A stretch of DNA of 64,000 nucleotides from Bdellovibrio sp. (GTDB taxonomy: Bacteria; Bdellovibrionota; Bdellovibrionia; Bdellovibrionales; Bdellovibrionaceae): assembly GCA_036677065.1 (NCBI GenBank), contig JAKFBS010000004.1, positions 64,001 through 128,000 on the forward strand. Reading direction: 5' to 3'. Below, piece by piece: positions 40,245-50,205 of this stretch. The notes below the pieces were generated by a model that was not told the origin of the DNA, made no database searches, and saw only the letters and a program-made list of their open reading frames with translations. Within the stretch, counting starts at the first letter, position 1. Every line of letters begins with the position of its first letter. The position numbers and the translations under genes were made by a program.

Positions 40245-42950
40245 ATGATGTTCATAAGGTTCTTAATTCTAATTTTAATGTCTTTAAGTTTTGAGCTGGC
40301 ATTTGCAGCTCAAAATCATTTTAACAATCAGCTCTTAGCAAATTGTCCGGATGCAGAAATAAATTTTTCAACTTCTGATGCATTAACAGTGGCTGAGGGT
40401 TCTGGCGTTTTAAACCTGGGTATTGTTTTATCACGAGGCGCTTGTGCTGATACGCCGATTGAGTATGGGGCTTATTCTGAAAGTGGCGTTGTAGGTACTC
40501 ATTTCTCGTCGACAGTTTCAGGAAGCGTGACTATTTCTAAAGGGCAAAAAACAGCAAATATCAGTTTTTCAATTTTGCAAAATGCATTGAGCGAATCAGA
40601 AAAAACTTTGTTTATATCTTTGCGTGGCGCAAGAAACAGCAGACAAAATATAAAAGTCGGTATCAATGCGATGAAAAGTATTGTTATCACCGATGATGAG
40701 TCGGCTTACGGTGTGATCACAAAAGTCGTTACCTCAGGTGATTCGGTCTGTATTCTAATCAATGGCGCTGTAAAGTGCTGGGGAACAAACAGCGTCGGAA
40801 CAGTTGGTAATGGAACATCAAATGATTCGCTTTACCCTTACACCGTAAGCGCTGGTACAAGTTTTACCGCGCTGACCATGGGTGGTGGCGGTGCCGTTTG
40901 CGCCGTAACCACAGCGGGTGTTTTAAGATGTTGGGGAAGTAATTTCGGCAACGTGCTTGGTGACGGTTCAGTGGCCTCTTGGAGAACTTCTCCGGTCACG
41001 GTAGATAGCGGAACACCGTATTTAGATGTGTCGCTGGGGCAAAATCATGGTTGTGGTATTACCACGGCCAATGTTTTAAAATGTTGGGGTGCTACCAATA
41101 ATAATGTAGGACAAATGGGTGATGGCACCACCACGGGCTCTAATATACCCAAGGTTATTAGCTCAGGAACCACTTACGCAAAAGTTTCAGTTTACGGAAT
41201 GAATGGTGGGCTTTCAGCACATCATTCTTGTGCCATCACAACATCTGGTGAACTTCAATGTTGGGGGCGTAACGGCCAAGGCGAGATCGGTAATAACACG
41301 ACTGTGAATCAACTATCGCCGGTGCCGATTGATTCCGGCGTGAGTTATACCATCGTTCGTTCCGGCGCCAATCACACCTGTGGTATCACGACGAGCAGTG
41401 TTTTAAAATGTTGGGGTGATAATTCACAAGGGCAAATCGGTGATGCTACTTTAACTGATCGATTAATTCCGACTGAGGTAGATGCGGCGCAAACTTATTT
41501 AGATGTATTTCTTGGTGATTCATATACCTGTGGCATCACCACCAGCAACAAACTCAAATGTTGGGGTGATAACACGTATTTTAATTTAGGCGATGGCACT
41601 CAGGTTGACAAAACATCGCCAATTATTATCGATAGCAGTGAAAGTTACAATTTAGCGGCCCTAGGTGGCGGGGTTATAACTAATTCCACGCGTGCTGCAA
41701 CCTGTGCCGTAACTACAGCCGGGCGTTTGAAATGTTGGGGTAATAATGCTGGCCAATTTGTTGTAGGTACAACAACTGGCTTCAATAACATCCGAGATGT
41801 TAATCAAGATATAAAATTTGCATCAGTCAGTGTCGGCAAGGGCAGTGCTTGTGGTATTAATCTTAATCAGAAACTCTATTGCTGGGGATCAAATCTTAAT
41901 GGTGAGATTGGCGACCGTGGCACCTTAGCCCGTAACGCTGCAGTGATCGTCGATTCTAAAGAAAGCTACACGATGGTCAGTGTGAGTAACGATTCTACAA
42001 TGAATGCGCCTTTTCCACACGCCTGTGGTATTACTACAAGTGGAGTTTTAAAATGCTGGGGATCAAACCAGCTCGGCAAACTGGGTGACGGCACTACAGT
42101 ACAAAAAATAAAACCTAAAGTAATTGATTCAGGAATCACCTATTCGTACGTGACAGCAGGGTATTATAACACCTGCGCCATCACCACCGCCGGCGTGTTA
42201 AAATGCTGGGGCGAAAATTCAAAAGGGCAGTTAGGAATTGGTTCGGTCGTTTCACAAAGTTTACCCGCCGTGGTGGCATCAGGCACGGCTTATAGTGTTG
42301 TCGTCACTTCAGCAAGGTATGATAATGGTAATCATCACACCTGTGCGATAACCACTGCCGGCCAATTGCAGTGCTGGGGCAGTAACCACCAAGGTCAACT
42401 CGGTAACGGCACCACGTCGGCTTCGCCATCAACATCGCCGGTACCCATCGACACGGGCGAAACTTATGCAGCGGTCAGTATCGGTAGTGGTTTTTTGCGC
42501 GGATTTACCTGTGGATTAACCACCGGAAAAAAAATAAAATGTTGGGGAAATAACGGCGCCGGCGCCTTAGGCGTTGGTGATACTGTTGCACGGACAAGTC
42601 CAACCCCTGTGGATGCTGTTACTGATTACAAAAAATTATCTCTTAAAGGAGAAATTAGTTGTGCAGTCACTGAAGCCGGGCGCCTGCGTTGTTGGGGTTA
42701 CAATTTTTATAAAATGGTCGGAGATGGAACAACAACTAATCGAACTTCTCCGGTAGATATCGATGCCAGTAGAACTTACGCCGATATTAACCTTGGCAGC
42801 GAAGCGGGAAGCCGCTCGGCAAACTGTGCTATTGAAGACGTAACAAATCGTTTACGTTGTTGGGGTTTTAATTATAACGGCACCCTTATAGATGGTCCGA
42901 CGACAATTCCAACGCCGTTAATTATTCCGCAAGCGTCACAGCTTCCGTAA
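40245..42950 (+). CDS. Secreted Calx-beta-like plus RCC1-repeat protein (14 repeats)
   Basis: Signal peptide, Ig/Calx-beta-like N-domain ending ITDDE, 14 copies of C..T..G.LKCWG.N..G..G.G. Confidence 0.85.
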   Translation: MMFIRFLILILMSLSFELAFAAQNHFNNQLLANCPDAEINFSTSDALTVAEGSGVLNLGIVLSRGACADTPIEYGAYSESGVVGTHFSSTVSGSVTISKGQKTANISFSILQNALSESEKTLFISLRGARNSRQNIKVGINAMKSIVITDDESAYGVITKVVTSGDSVCILINGAVKCWGTNSVGTVGNGTSNDSLYPYTVSAGTSFTALTMGGGGAVCAVTTAGVLRCWGSNFGNVLGDGSVASWRTSPVTVDSGTPYLDVSLGQNHGCGITTANVLKCWGATNNNVGQMGDGTTTGSNIPKVISSGTTYAKVSVYGMNGGLSAHHSCAITTSGELQCWGRNGQGEIGNNTTVNQLSPVPIDSGVSYTIVRSGANHTCGITTSSVLKCWGDNSQGQIGDATLTDRLIPTEVDAAQTYLDVFLGDSYTCGITTSNKLKCWGDNTYFNLGDGTQVDKTSPIIIDSSESYNLAALGGGVITNSTRAATCAVTTAGRLKCWGNNAGQFVVGTTTGFNNIRDVNQDIKFASVSVGKGSACGINLNQKLYCWGSNLNGEIGDRGTLARNAAVIVDSKESYTMVSVSNDSTMNAPFPHACGITTSGVLKCWGSNQLGKLGDGTTVQKIKPKVIDSGITYSYVTAGYYNTCAITTAGVLKCWGENSKGQLGIGSVVSQSLPAVVASGTAYSVVVTSARYDNGNHHTCAITTAGQLQCWGSNHQGQLGNGTTSASPSTSPVPIDTGETYAAVSIGSGFLRGFTCGLTTGKKIKCWGNNGAGALGVGDTVARTSPTPVDAVTDYKKLSLKGEISCAVTEAGRLRCWGYNFYKMVGDGTTTNRTSPVDIDASRTYADINLGSEAGSRSANCAIEDVTNRLRCWGFNYNGTLIDGPTTIPTPLIIPQASQLP

Positions 42951-42955
42951 GCAGA

Positions 42956-42990
42956 ATTTTGATTTGTAGCTTATAAGCTACAGATAAAAT
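42956..42990. terminator. Palindromic hairpin between convergent genes
   Basis: Perfect 18-bp palindrome TGTAGCTTATAAGCTACA (42965-42982) with ATTTT/AAAAT flanks. Confidence 0.55.
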
Positions 42991-43466
42991 TAAAGATAAA
43001 GATTGATTAGAACGAGCCAGCTTAAGATCGAAAAAAACATTAGCGTCAGATAGAAAAAGTGATCACTTAATTTTTTATCATCAGTTGTGATGTTGTATTT
43101 TTTGGTATCTACCTTTTGCGCTAGACCTTGAACCAGGTTGATGCGCTGTAGGCGGTCTAACTTATAAAAATGCACAGCCACTTCGTTTGAATAGCTATCG
43201 TCTGGGGCAATGCGAATAACAATGGCATAACAAGCCATTGTTTCAGATCCGGGTACTGCAAATTGAATTTTGATAATTTCGCCAAGCTGCGGTGAGAGAT
43301 CACTTGCGCAAATAAAAGATAAGCCAGTTAACGAAACATTTCTCAGTTCAGTTTTTTCTTCCCACGGTAAACGCTCTGCGCCTGAAAAGCGAATCAGATT
43401 ATTATCCTGGGTATCCAGAATGTATCGCGGAGATCGAGCATGGTAACGAGCTAAAGAGCCAGACAT
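42990..43466 (-). CDS. PilZ-domain protein with C-terminal TM helix
   Basis: RSPR (RxxR) and NVSLTG (NxSxxG) c-di-GMP motifs; hydrophobic C-terminus. Confidence 0.8.
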   Translation of the reverse strand: MSGSLARYHARSPRYILDTQDNNLIRFSGAERLPWEEKTELRNVSLTGLSFICASDLSPQLGEIIKIQFAVPGSETMACYAIVIRIAPDDSYSNEVAVHFYKLDRLQRINLVQGLAQKVDTKKYNITTDDKKLSDHFFYLTLMFFSILSWLVLINLYL

Positions 43467-43476
43467 ATTACCTAAC

Positions 43477-43503
43477 TTATCGGCTAGTCGGGTAATGACC
43501 TAA
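43477..43503 (-). promoter_or_regulatory. Sigma28-type promoter of the PilZ gene
   Basis: Minus strand TTAG-N15-GCCGATAA, 10 nt before ATG. Confidence 0.65.
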
Positions 43504-43528
43504 AGACAGGAACAGACAGTATCTTGAC

Positions 43529-43557
43529 TTGAACCTAACAATCTTCAGTCTTAAACT
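43529..43557 (+). promoter_or_regulatory. Sigma70-type promoter of ppk1
   Basis: TTGAAC-N17-TAAACT, 9 nt before ATG. Confidence 0.55.
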
Positions 43558-43566
43558 GAGACACTC

Positions 43567-45726
43567 ATGAGCGCTGCAGAAAAAAAAGTCAGAAAAAAAA
43601 GAAAAGTTAAATCGATAGAGCACACCAAATCCTCTACCGAGATGTTTACTAACCGTGAATTAGGTTGGTTGCAGTTTAATATGCGCGTTCTGTTTGAGGC
43701 CCAAGATAAGAAAAATCCACTTTTAGAACGTTTAAAATTTTTGTCGATTTCCAGCTCAAATTTAGACGAATTTTTTATGAAACGCGTCGGCGGTTTAAAG
43801 CGTCAAATCGCCTATGGTTTAACGCCCAAATCTTCTGACGGGCAAACGCCGAAAAAACAATTGCAGATGATCGCCAAAGTCTTAAGCCCGATGTTGACCC
43901 AGCAGTCGCTATTAATGGATCAAATTCGTATTGAGCTTGCGCACAAAGGCTGCGAAATCGTCACTTATGAAAAATTAAAACCTGCAGACCGTAAATTTTT
44001 AAAAGAATATTTTTTAAAACAAATTTTTCCGATTCTTACGCCGTTATCAGTTGATCCGGGGCATCCGTTTCCGTTTATTTCAAATTTATCGGTGTCTCTA
44101 GGTGTGTCACTGGCGCAAACAAGCTCAGTGGATGAAGATAAAATATTTGCCCGCGTGAAAATTCCAAAGCTAGTCGATCAGTGGATTCAAATTGATGAAT
44201 CGACCCGTTATATTCACGCCATCGAAGTGGTGAAAGCCCATATTGCAGAACTTTTTCCACAAATGAAAGTCAAAGGCACCACAGTTTTTAAAGTCACTAG
44301 AAATGCCGACTCAGACCGCGAAGATGAAGACACTGAAGATTTATTATCAATGATTGAAGAAGAACTTCGTCAGCGCCGTTTTGCTGAAATCGTGCGGCTT
44401 GAATTTTCAAACTGCACAGACCCTTGGCTTAAAACATTCTTGGTGCGTGAATTAGAACTTAAAGAGGAAGATGTCTACGACATGCCCGCAGAATTTGACT
44501 TGGTGGATTTGCCATTGTTAGTGAATGTGCTAACTTGGCCAAAAGAAAAATTCAACGCGTGGTCGCCGGTTGTGCCGGCGGTTTTATCTGAGCAAACTTC
44601 AATTTTTGATCAGATTAAAAAGCATGATATTTTATTTCATCATCCGTTTGAATCGTTTGGGGCTACGGTTGAACGTTTTATCACCGAAGCCGCTCGTGAC
44701 CCGCAGGTGTTAGCGATTAAAATGACGTTGTATCGTACTGGCGAAAACAGTGCCTTTATCAGATCTTTAATCGAAGCAGCTGCTGCGGGTAAACAAGTTG
44801 TTTGCCTGATCGAATTAAAAGCCCGTTTTGATGAACACCGTAATATTATCTGGGCGCAAGAACTTGAAAGTGCCGGCGTGCATGTGGTGTACGGCGTTGT
44901 TGGTCTTAAAACTCACGCCAAAACTTCGCTGGTAGTTCGTAAAGAAGAAAAAGGTATTCGCACCTACGCCCATATCGGAACAGGTAATTACAACGAATCA
45001 ACTTCTAGATTTTACACTGACGTTGGCGTTTTAACTGCTGATGAGCGCATTACTTCTGAATTGATCGAATTATTTAATTACTTAACTGGTAAATCGATGA
45101 AAAATGATTACCAGCATTTGTTGCTGGCGCCGGTAAATATGTTTAATAAATTTAAAGAACTTATTTTGCGTGAAGCCGATCATGCTAAACATAAACGCCC
45201 AACGCACATCATGGCCAAATTTAATAATATGGAAGAAAACGATATTTCGTTAGCTCTGTATGAAGCCTCGCAAGCGGGTGTTTCGGTGCAACTGATCGTG
45301 CGTGGTTTTTGCTGTTTAAAACCTGGTGTTAAAAAAATGAGTGATAAAGTCGAAGTGCAATCTACGATCGGAAGATTTTTAGAACACTCGCGCATTTTTT
45401 ATTTCAGAAACGGCAAAGAAGACCCAGTTGACGGAGATTTTTACCTAGGTTCTGCTGATTGGATGTATCGTAATTTACATGCCCGTGTCGAAGCAATTAC
45501 GCCAATTTATGATCGTCACGCTAAAGAAAAACTTTGGGATATCTTACAATCTTATTGGAACGACCAAGCGCAAAGCTGGGTGATGAAATCTGATGGCACA
45601 TATGATAAAAAGCAAGTGACTGATCATAAGTTAATAGCTGGTGTGCAAGCTGAAATGATGACGAAAGCTCTTCAGAAAATCACTCTGACCGAAGATGATT
45701 TAGTGCAAGAAGAGCATGACGATTAA
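43567..45726 (+). CDS. ppk1: Polyphosphate kinase 1
   Basis: NRELGWLQFN.RVL, NLDEFFMKRV, PGHPFPFISN, HHPFESF, KARFDE, KTHAK, GTGNYN, GRFLEHSR, GSADWM.RNL. Confidence 0.97.
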   Translation: MSAAEKKVRKKRKVKSIEHTKSSTEMFTNRELGWLQFNMRVLFEAQDKKNPLLERLKFLSISSSNLDEFFMKRVGGLKRQIAYGLTPKSSDGQTPKKQLQMIAKVLSPMLTQQSLLMDQIRIELAHKGCEIVTYEKLKPADRKFLKEYFLKQIFPILTPLSVDPGHPFPFISNLSVSLGVSLAQTSSVDEDKIFARVKIPKLVDQWIQIDESTRYIHAIEVVKAHIAELFPQMKVKGTTVFKVTRNADSDREDEDTEDLLSMIEEELRQRRFAEIVRLEFSNCTDPWLKTFLVRELELKEEDVYDMPAEFDLVDLPLLVNVLTWPKEKFNAWSPVVPAVLSEQTSIFDQIKKHDILFHHPFESFGATVERFITEAARDPQVLAIKMTLYRTGENSAFIRSLIEAAAAGKQVVCLIELKARFDEHRNIIWAQELESAGVHVVYGVVGLKTHAKTSLVVRKEEKGIRTYAHIGTGNYNESTSRFYTDVGVLTADERITSELIELFNYLTGKSMKNDYQHLLLAPVNMFNKFKELILREADHAKHKRPTHIMAKFNNMEENDISLALYEASQAGVSVQLIVRGFCCLKPGVKKMSDKVEVQSTIGRFLEHSRIFYFRNGKEDPVDGDFYLGSADWMYRNLHARVEAITPIYDRHAKEKLWDILQSYWNDQAQSWVMKSDGTYDKKQVTDHKLIAGVQAEMMTKALQKITLTEDDLVQEEHDD

Positions 45727-45727
45727 T

Positions 45728-46600
45728 TTACTTAAGTAGATCGTGGATTGAGCCCTCTTTAAGTCCAGTCATTGGGATTTTGATCTTCGTAATTTCAAAA
45801 CGTTTGATGATCATCAGAATTAAATCCATCGCTAAATCTAAAACATCAATACGGTCAGGTCGTAAACCTAACGCTAGTTTTTTTTCATAGCTAAGTTTTT
45901 GCCAAAGTGTCTGAATTTTTAAAAGCTCTGCTTTTTCTAAATGGGTTTGCGGTGCTTTTTTAAGAAGTAAAAGTTTTAAACGTGCAACGGCATCAAAATT
46001 ACCGCCTGTTCCTACAGCCACCGAAAAACGATGGCGACCGTTTTTAATTTTACTTAAATGACTTTCGCAGAATTCTTTAACATTTTTGTTTTTGTTCTTA
46101 ATAGATAACAAACGTACAACGCCTAACGGGTAGCTTTTCGAAAAAAGAATTTTATCCTGGTGCAGGCCTGTTAATTCGGCACTGCCACCACCGATATCAA
46201 TCAGCAAAGCATCGGCAAAATTATTCGATTTTGATTTTAAAATGGCATTGCGAATTAAACGGGCTTCGTCTTGGCCCGAGATGATTTTAAGGCTTACCTT
46301 GCTGGTTTTTTTGATCAGGGCGACGACCGCTTTGTTGTTTTTCGCATCCCGCATAGCACTTGTGGCTAATGCGATGGTTTTTTGCACTTTGTATTTCTTG
46401 TTCAATTTTGCGATTTTTTTAAAGACTTCGACAAGCTCAGCCACAGTTTCAGGAAGCAATGTTTTATGTTCGAATACGTCAGTACCCAGACGCAGGGGAG
46501 CTCTAAACTTCTTTATTTGTTCCCATTGGCCGTTTTCATGAATTTCGATAATGACGAGGCGTATAGCATTCGAGCCCACATCAATAGAACTGACGCGCAT
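45728..46600 (-). CDS. ppx: Exopolyphosphatase Ppx/GppA (short form)
   Basis: IDVGSNAIRL, ATSAMRDAKN, ISGQDEA, IDIGGGSAE, GTGG, GLKEG. Confidence 0.9.
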   Translation of the reverse strand: MRVSSIDVGSNAIRLVIIEIHENGQWEQIKKFRAPLRLGTDVFEHKTLLPETVAELVEVFKKIAKLNKKYKVQKTIALATSAMRDAKNNKAVVALIKKTSKVSLKIISGQDEARLIRNAILKSKSNNFADALLIDIGGGSAELTGLHQDKILFSKSYPLGVVRLLSIKNKNKNVKEFCESHLSKIKNGRHRFSVAVGTGGNFDAVARLKLLLLKKAPQTHLEKAELLKIQTLWQKLSYEKKLALGLRPDRIDVLDLAMDLILMIIKRFEITKIKIPMTGLKEGSIHDLLK

Positions 46601-46640
46601 AAATTTCCCTTTAAATTATTCTAAATTGACCTCTCACAGA

Positions 46641-46669
46641 TTGCAAGATGTGTAAAAACAAGCTCTAAT
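46641..46669 (+). promoter_or_regulatory. Sigma70-type promoter of phoU-phoB-phoR
   Basis: TTGCAA-N17-TCTAAT, 7 nt before ATG. Confidence 0.55.
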
Positions 46670-46676
46670 ACCTGCT

Positions 46677-47336
46677 ATGGAAAGAACTATCGACGCCCAA
46701 CTTGAAGACTTAAAGAAAACAATCCTTGAAATGGGAGGCTTTGTTGAAAAAGCCTTAGCAACAGCTATTGATGGGTTTATGAAGAAAGATCTTTCTTTGT
46801 TGGCAACAGTTCACGAAATTGAAAAGAACGTGAATGAACTGCAAATCAAAATCGATAATCTTTGTTTGAATATTTTAGCCAAACAAGGTCCCGTGGCGAA
46901 AGATTTACGTTTAATTTTATCAGTCATCAAAATTAATACCGATCTTGAGCGTATGGGTGACCAGTGCGTGAATATCGCCTACTTAGGTAAAGATATTATT
47001 AAACGCCCACCACAAAGTATTCCGATAAATGAAATCGAGCGTATGGCCGGAACTGTGCGCGCTATGGTTAAAGGGTCTTTAGACTCATTTGTACGTATGG
47101 ATGCGGTAGCGGCTGAAAAAATTCTTAAAATGGACGACGAAGTTGATACTTTAAAGAACGAAGTGACGGCGTCGAACATCAAAATGATCAAAGGCGATGC
47201 AAACCTGACAGAAACTTGTCTCGACATTATTCAGGTCGCGCGTAATCTAGAGAGATTAGGCGATCACTCAACGAACATTGCTGAAGATGTGATCTTTGCC
47301 TTTACAGGAAAAGATATACGTCATGGTACCAACTAA
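46677..47336 (+). CDS. phoU: Phosphate signalling protein PhoU
   Basis: QGPVAKDLR, DLERMGD...NIA, DDEVD, LERLGDHSTNIAE. Confidence 0.95.
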   Translation: MERTIDAQLEDLKKTILEMGGFVEKALATAIDGFMKKDLSLLATVHEIEKNVNELQIKIDNLCLNILAKQGPVAKDLRLILSVIKINTDLERMGDQCVNIAYLGKDIIKRPPQSIPINEIERMAGTVRAMVKGSLDSFVRMDAVAAEKILKMDDEVDTLKNEVTASNIKMIKGDANLTETCLDIIQVARNLERLGDHSTNIAEDVIFAFTGKDIRHGTN

Positions 47337-48033
47337 TTCTAAGCCACAAATTCTCATCATCGAAGACGAACCAGCGATCGCAGAACTTATTGCTCTAACG
47401 ATCAGAGAAGTTGATGCGGTTATTGAAAAAACGTTCTCGGCTGAGCAAGCCATCTTCTTATTGCAAAATAAATCTTACGATCTGATTTTAGCAGACTGGA
47501 TGTTGCCTGGTTTACAAGGTATCGATCTGGTGGCTGCTGTTAAAAGCAAAAATCCAGAACAATTAATATTAATGATTACCGCGAAAGCCGATTCAGAATC
47601 TATCGTGCGTGGCCTTGAAGCGGGCGCTGATGATTACGTATCAAAACCTTTTGATCCGCGAGTACTTGCTGCTCGAGTTAAAAACCTACTTCGTCGTAAA
47701 CAGGCAGAAGCCCAAGCGCAAGTTTTGGGGTCAACCGAGGTGTTTGAACTGAACGGCTTAAAGTTTGATTATGGTCGTGTAGAAGTTACACTTAAACAAA
47801 ATCCGATCCATTTAACGCCTTCAGAATTTAAACTGTTAGGTTTTCTTTTAAAATCGCAGGGGCGCGTTTTAACGCGTGATCAGCTTATAGATTTGATCCA
47901 AGGTGAAGATGTTACCGTAACTGGCCGAACCATCGACACACATGTATTTGCTCTACGTAAAAAACTTTTAGACTGGTCTGAACATATTGAAACAATTAGA
48001 GGAGTTGGGTATAGAGTTAACTACTCTATATGA
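47323..48033 (+). CDS. phoB: OmpR-family response regulator (PhoB-like)
   Basis: IEDE, DWMLPG, GADDYVSKPF, LTPSEF, RTIDTHV, IETIRGVGY; follows phoU. Confidence 0.85.
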   Translation: MVPTNSKPQILIIEDEPAIAELIALTIREVDAVIEKTFSAEQAIFLLQNKSYDLILADWMLPGLQGIDLVAAVKSKNPEQLILMITAKADSESIVRGLEAGADDYVSKPFDPRVLAARVKNLLRRKQAEAQAQVLGSTEVFELNGLKFDYGRVEVTLKQNPIHLTPSEFKLLGFLLKSQGRVLTRDQLIDLIQGEDVTVTGRTIDTHVFALRKKLLDWSEHIETIRGVGYRVNYSI

Positions 48034-49295
48034 CTCTGATTTATATCCTGTGTTTCTCATTAGGTTTACTTATCGCGTGGCTTGTGTCCTACGCCGTATT
48101 CAGTCGTAAAATCAGAACCCAAACCCGTAAAATGGTGAAGTTGATGAAGGCCGACGAGCTTAAGCTTGATAGCCCAGATGATGCATATGACGACGATGAC
48201 GGTCATTTTTTCTCTGACCTAGAACGCGCTTCATACACTCTGCGCCGCAAGTATTTACGTCTTAAAAAGAACTCTTCAGATGAACGTGCGGTTTTTGAAA
48301 CAATCTTTTCTGGATTAACCGAAGCCGTCGTAACAGTTGATCGTCACTTAAGAATTATTTCTTTTAATGCGGCTTTCATGCAGCAGTTTAAATGGGCTCC
48401 GGCAAACGCAAATTCAAGTTACTACTTACAAGATGTAATTCGTGAACCTGAAATCTTAGAAGCGTTTAAAAAAGTATTCGCTGGTGGTGAAGCTGAACGA
48501 AAAAATATTGGTGAATACCAATTGTTCGCAAGTATTTTACCTTCTATCGAAGATCATAAGACCTGGGCGCTGGGTGTTTTTTACGATATGTCTGAAATCC
48601 AAAAAACCGAAAAAATTCGAGTGGATTTCGTAGCCAATGCATCGCATGAGTTACGTACGCCACTGACGGTGATTCGCGGTTACGCTGATTTATTAAATGC
48701 CAATTTGCAAAAAGAAGCTTCAGTGCACGCCGAACTTTCGCGTCCAATCGTTGAAAGCGCACATCACATGACCTTGCTTTTAAATGATTTATTAAATCTT
48801 TCACGTTTAGATAATTTAAATAAAATTGAAAAAGTAAAAATCAGCACCAAAGAAGTCACTGCAGATATTTTAAATGAACTTGAACCAATCATTGCGATGA
48901 ATAACAAAAAAGTAATTTGTTATTTTAACGAAGAATATGTGTTTGCGGATTATTCAAGTCTTACGCAAGTGCTGCGTAATTTAATCGTCAATGCTATTCG
49001 CTATTCAGGAGCTGACCGTGATGCTGAGGTGATCGAAGTGCGTTGGGCCAGTCACGGGGTTGCAACTCAATTAGTAGTGAAAGATCACGGGCCAGGTATC
49101 GCTAAAGAACATCAAAGCCGAATATTCGAACGTTTCTACCGTGTTGATAAAGGCCGTAACCGCAATCAAGGTGGTTCGGGTCTTGGTTTAGCTTTAGTTA
49201 AACATCACACCCAAATTCACGGTGGCCAGATTTCGTTACAATCAGATATTGGTGAAGGCTGTCAATTCACCTGTGAGTTTCCTAACGGGTTATAG
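48030..49295 (+). CDS. phoR: Sensor histidine kinase (PhoR-like)
   Basis: PAS-like region, DFVANASHELRTPLT, NLIVNAIRY, DHGPGI, FERFYRVDKGR, GSGLGL. Confidence 0.88.
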   Translation: MTLIYILCFSLGLLIAWLVSYAVFSRKIRTQTRKMVKLMKADELKLDSPDDAYDDDDGHFFSDLERASYTLRRKYLRLKKNSSDERAVFETIFSGLTEAVVTVDRHLRIISFNAAFMQQFKWAPANANSSYYLQDVIREPEILEAFKKVFAGGEAERKNIGEYQLFASILPSIEDHKTWALGVFYDMSEIQKTEKIRVDFVANASHELRTPLTVIRGYADLLNANLQKEASVHAELSRPIVESAHHMTLLLNDLLNLSRLDNLNKIEKVKISTKEVTADILNELEPIIAMNNKKVICYFNEEYVFADYSSLTQVLRNLIVNAIRYSGADRDAEVIEVRWASHGVATQLVVKDHGPGIAKEHQSRIFERFYRVDKGRNRNQGGSGLGLALVKHHTQIHGGQISLQSDIGEGCQFTCEFPNGL

Positions 49296-49297
49296 TC

Positions 49298-50182
49298 ATG
49301 AAATTACATAATGAAAAGTTTGAAGCTTATTTTTCCTCTGTGTACGGCGATCGCTGGCCGGCTTTGTCGCAAGCGCTAGAAGTTAGCGAAACCCAAGTCT
49401 TACGTAAAAATATTTTTGCCGATTATGAAACTAAAGACTTCTCTGCGGTTAGTTTCAATAATTGTTATCAAGTAAACCCAGAAATCAACGTGCATAACTT
49501 GCGCGATGCTAATGATGTGCAAGTGTTTTACAAAATGGATCCTGCCAGCGTATTAGTCGCGACAGCACTTGATGTGCAACCTGAAGACTTGGTCTTAGAT
49601 ATGTGCGCAGCCCCTGGTGGTAAAACCTTAATCTTAGCTGAAAAACTGAATGGCACTGGTCAATTAGTTTCAAACGAGTATTCGAATGCCCGTCGTGAGC
49701 GTCTAGTTCGCGTGGTGCGTGAATATTTACCGCACGAAATGCGCCAGAATGTGTTTGTACAGGGTAAAGACGGCAATGCTTACGGACGAGATAAGGCTGA
49801 TGTCTTTGATCGCGTCTTGGCCGATGTGCCGTGTTCGGGTGAACGCCATCTTTTAGAAAACCCACAAGAATTCGCTGAATGGACAAAACGTCGCAGCGAA
49901 AATTTAGCGATTCGCCAGTATTCATTATTATCATCTGCTTATTTAGCTTGTCGGGTAGGCGGCCAAATCGTTTATTCGACGTGCTCGATTTCGCCTTTAG
50001 AAAATGATGATGTTGTTAAAAAATTAAAGAAAAAACGTTCAGTAGAGTTTTTAGAATTTAAAAATACGGATAAGTATCCGTTTATAGAAAAAACTGAATT
50101 TGGTTATCAGATTTTACCGGATCGTTCCGGTGGTTATGGCCCAATGTATTTTTCGATTATTCGTAAACTTGCAGATTCGTAA
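49298..50182 (+). CDS. RsmB/NOP2-family RNA m5C methyltransferase
   Basis: MDPAS, LDMCAAPGGKT, DVPCSGE, VYSTCS...ENDDVV. Confidence 0.9.
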   Translation: MKLHNEKFEAYFSSVYGDRWPALSQALEVSETQVLRKNIFADYETKDFSAVSFNNCYQVNPEINVHNLRDANDVQVFYKMDPASVLVATALDVQPEDLVLDMCAAPGGKTLILAEKLNGTGQLVSNEYSNARRERLVRVVREYLPHEMRQNVFVQGKDGNAYGRDKADVFDRVLADVPCSGERHLLENPQEFAEWTKRRSENLAIRQYSLLSSAYLACRVGGQIVYSTCSISPLENDDVVKKLKKKRSVEFLEFKNTDKYPFIEKTEFGYQILPDRSGGYGPMYFSIIRKLADS

Positions 50183-50205
50183 TTGTGGTTTTTTAATGTT
50201 ACACT

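Noticed and set aside
37010..42950. Fibre gene as part of a prophage
   Set aside because: It has a Sec signal peptide and a host-type promoter, and there are no capsid, terminase, integrase or other phage genes nearby.
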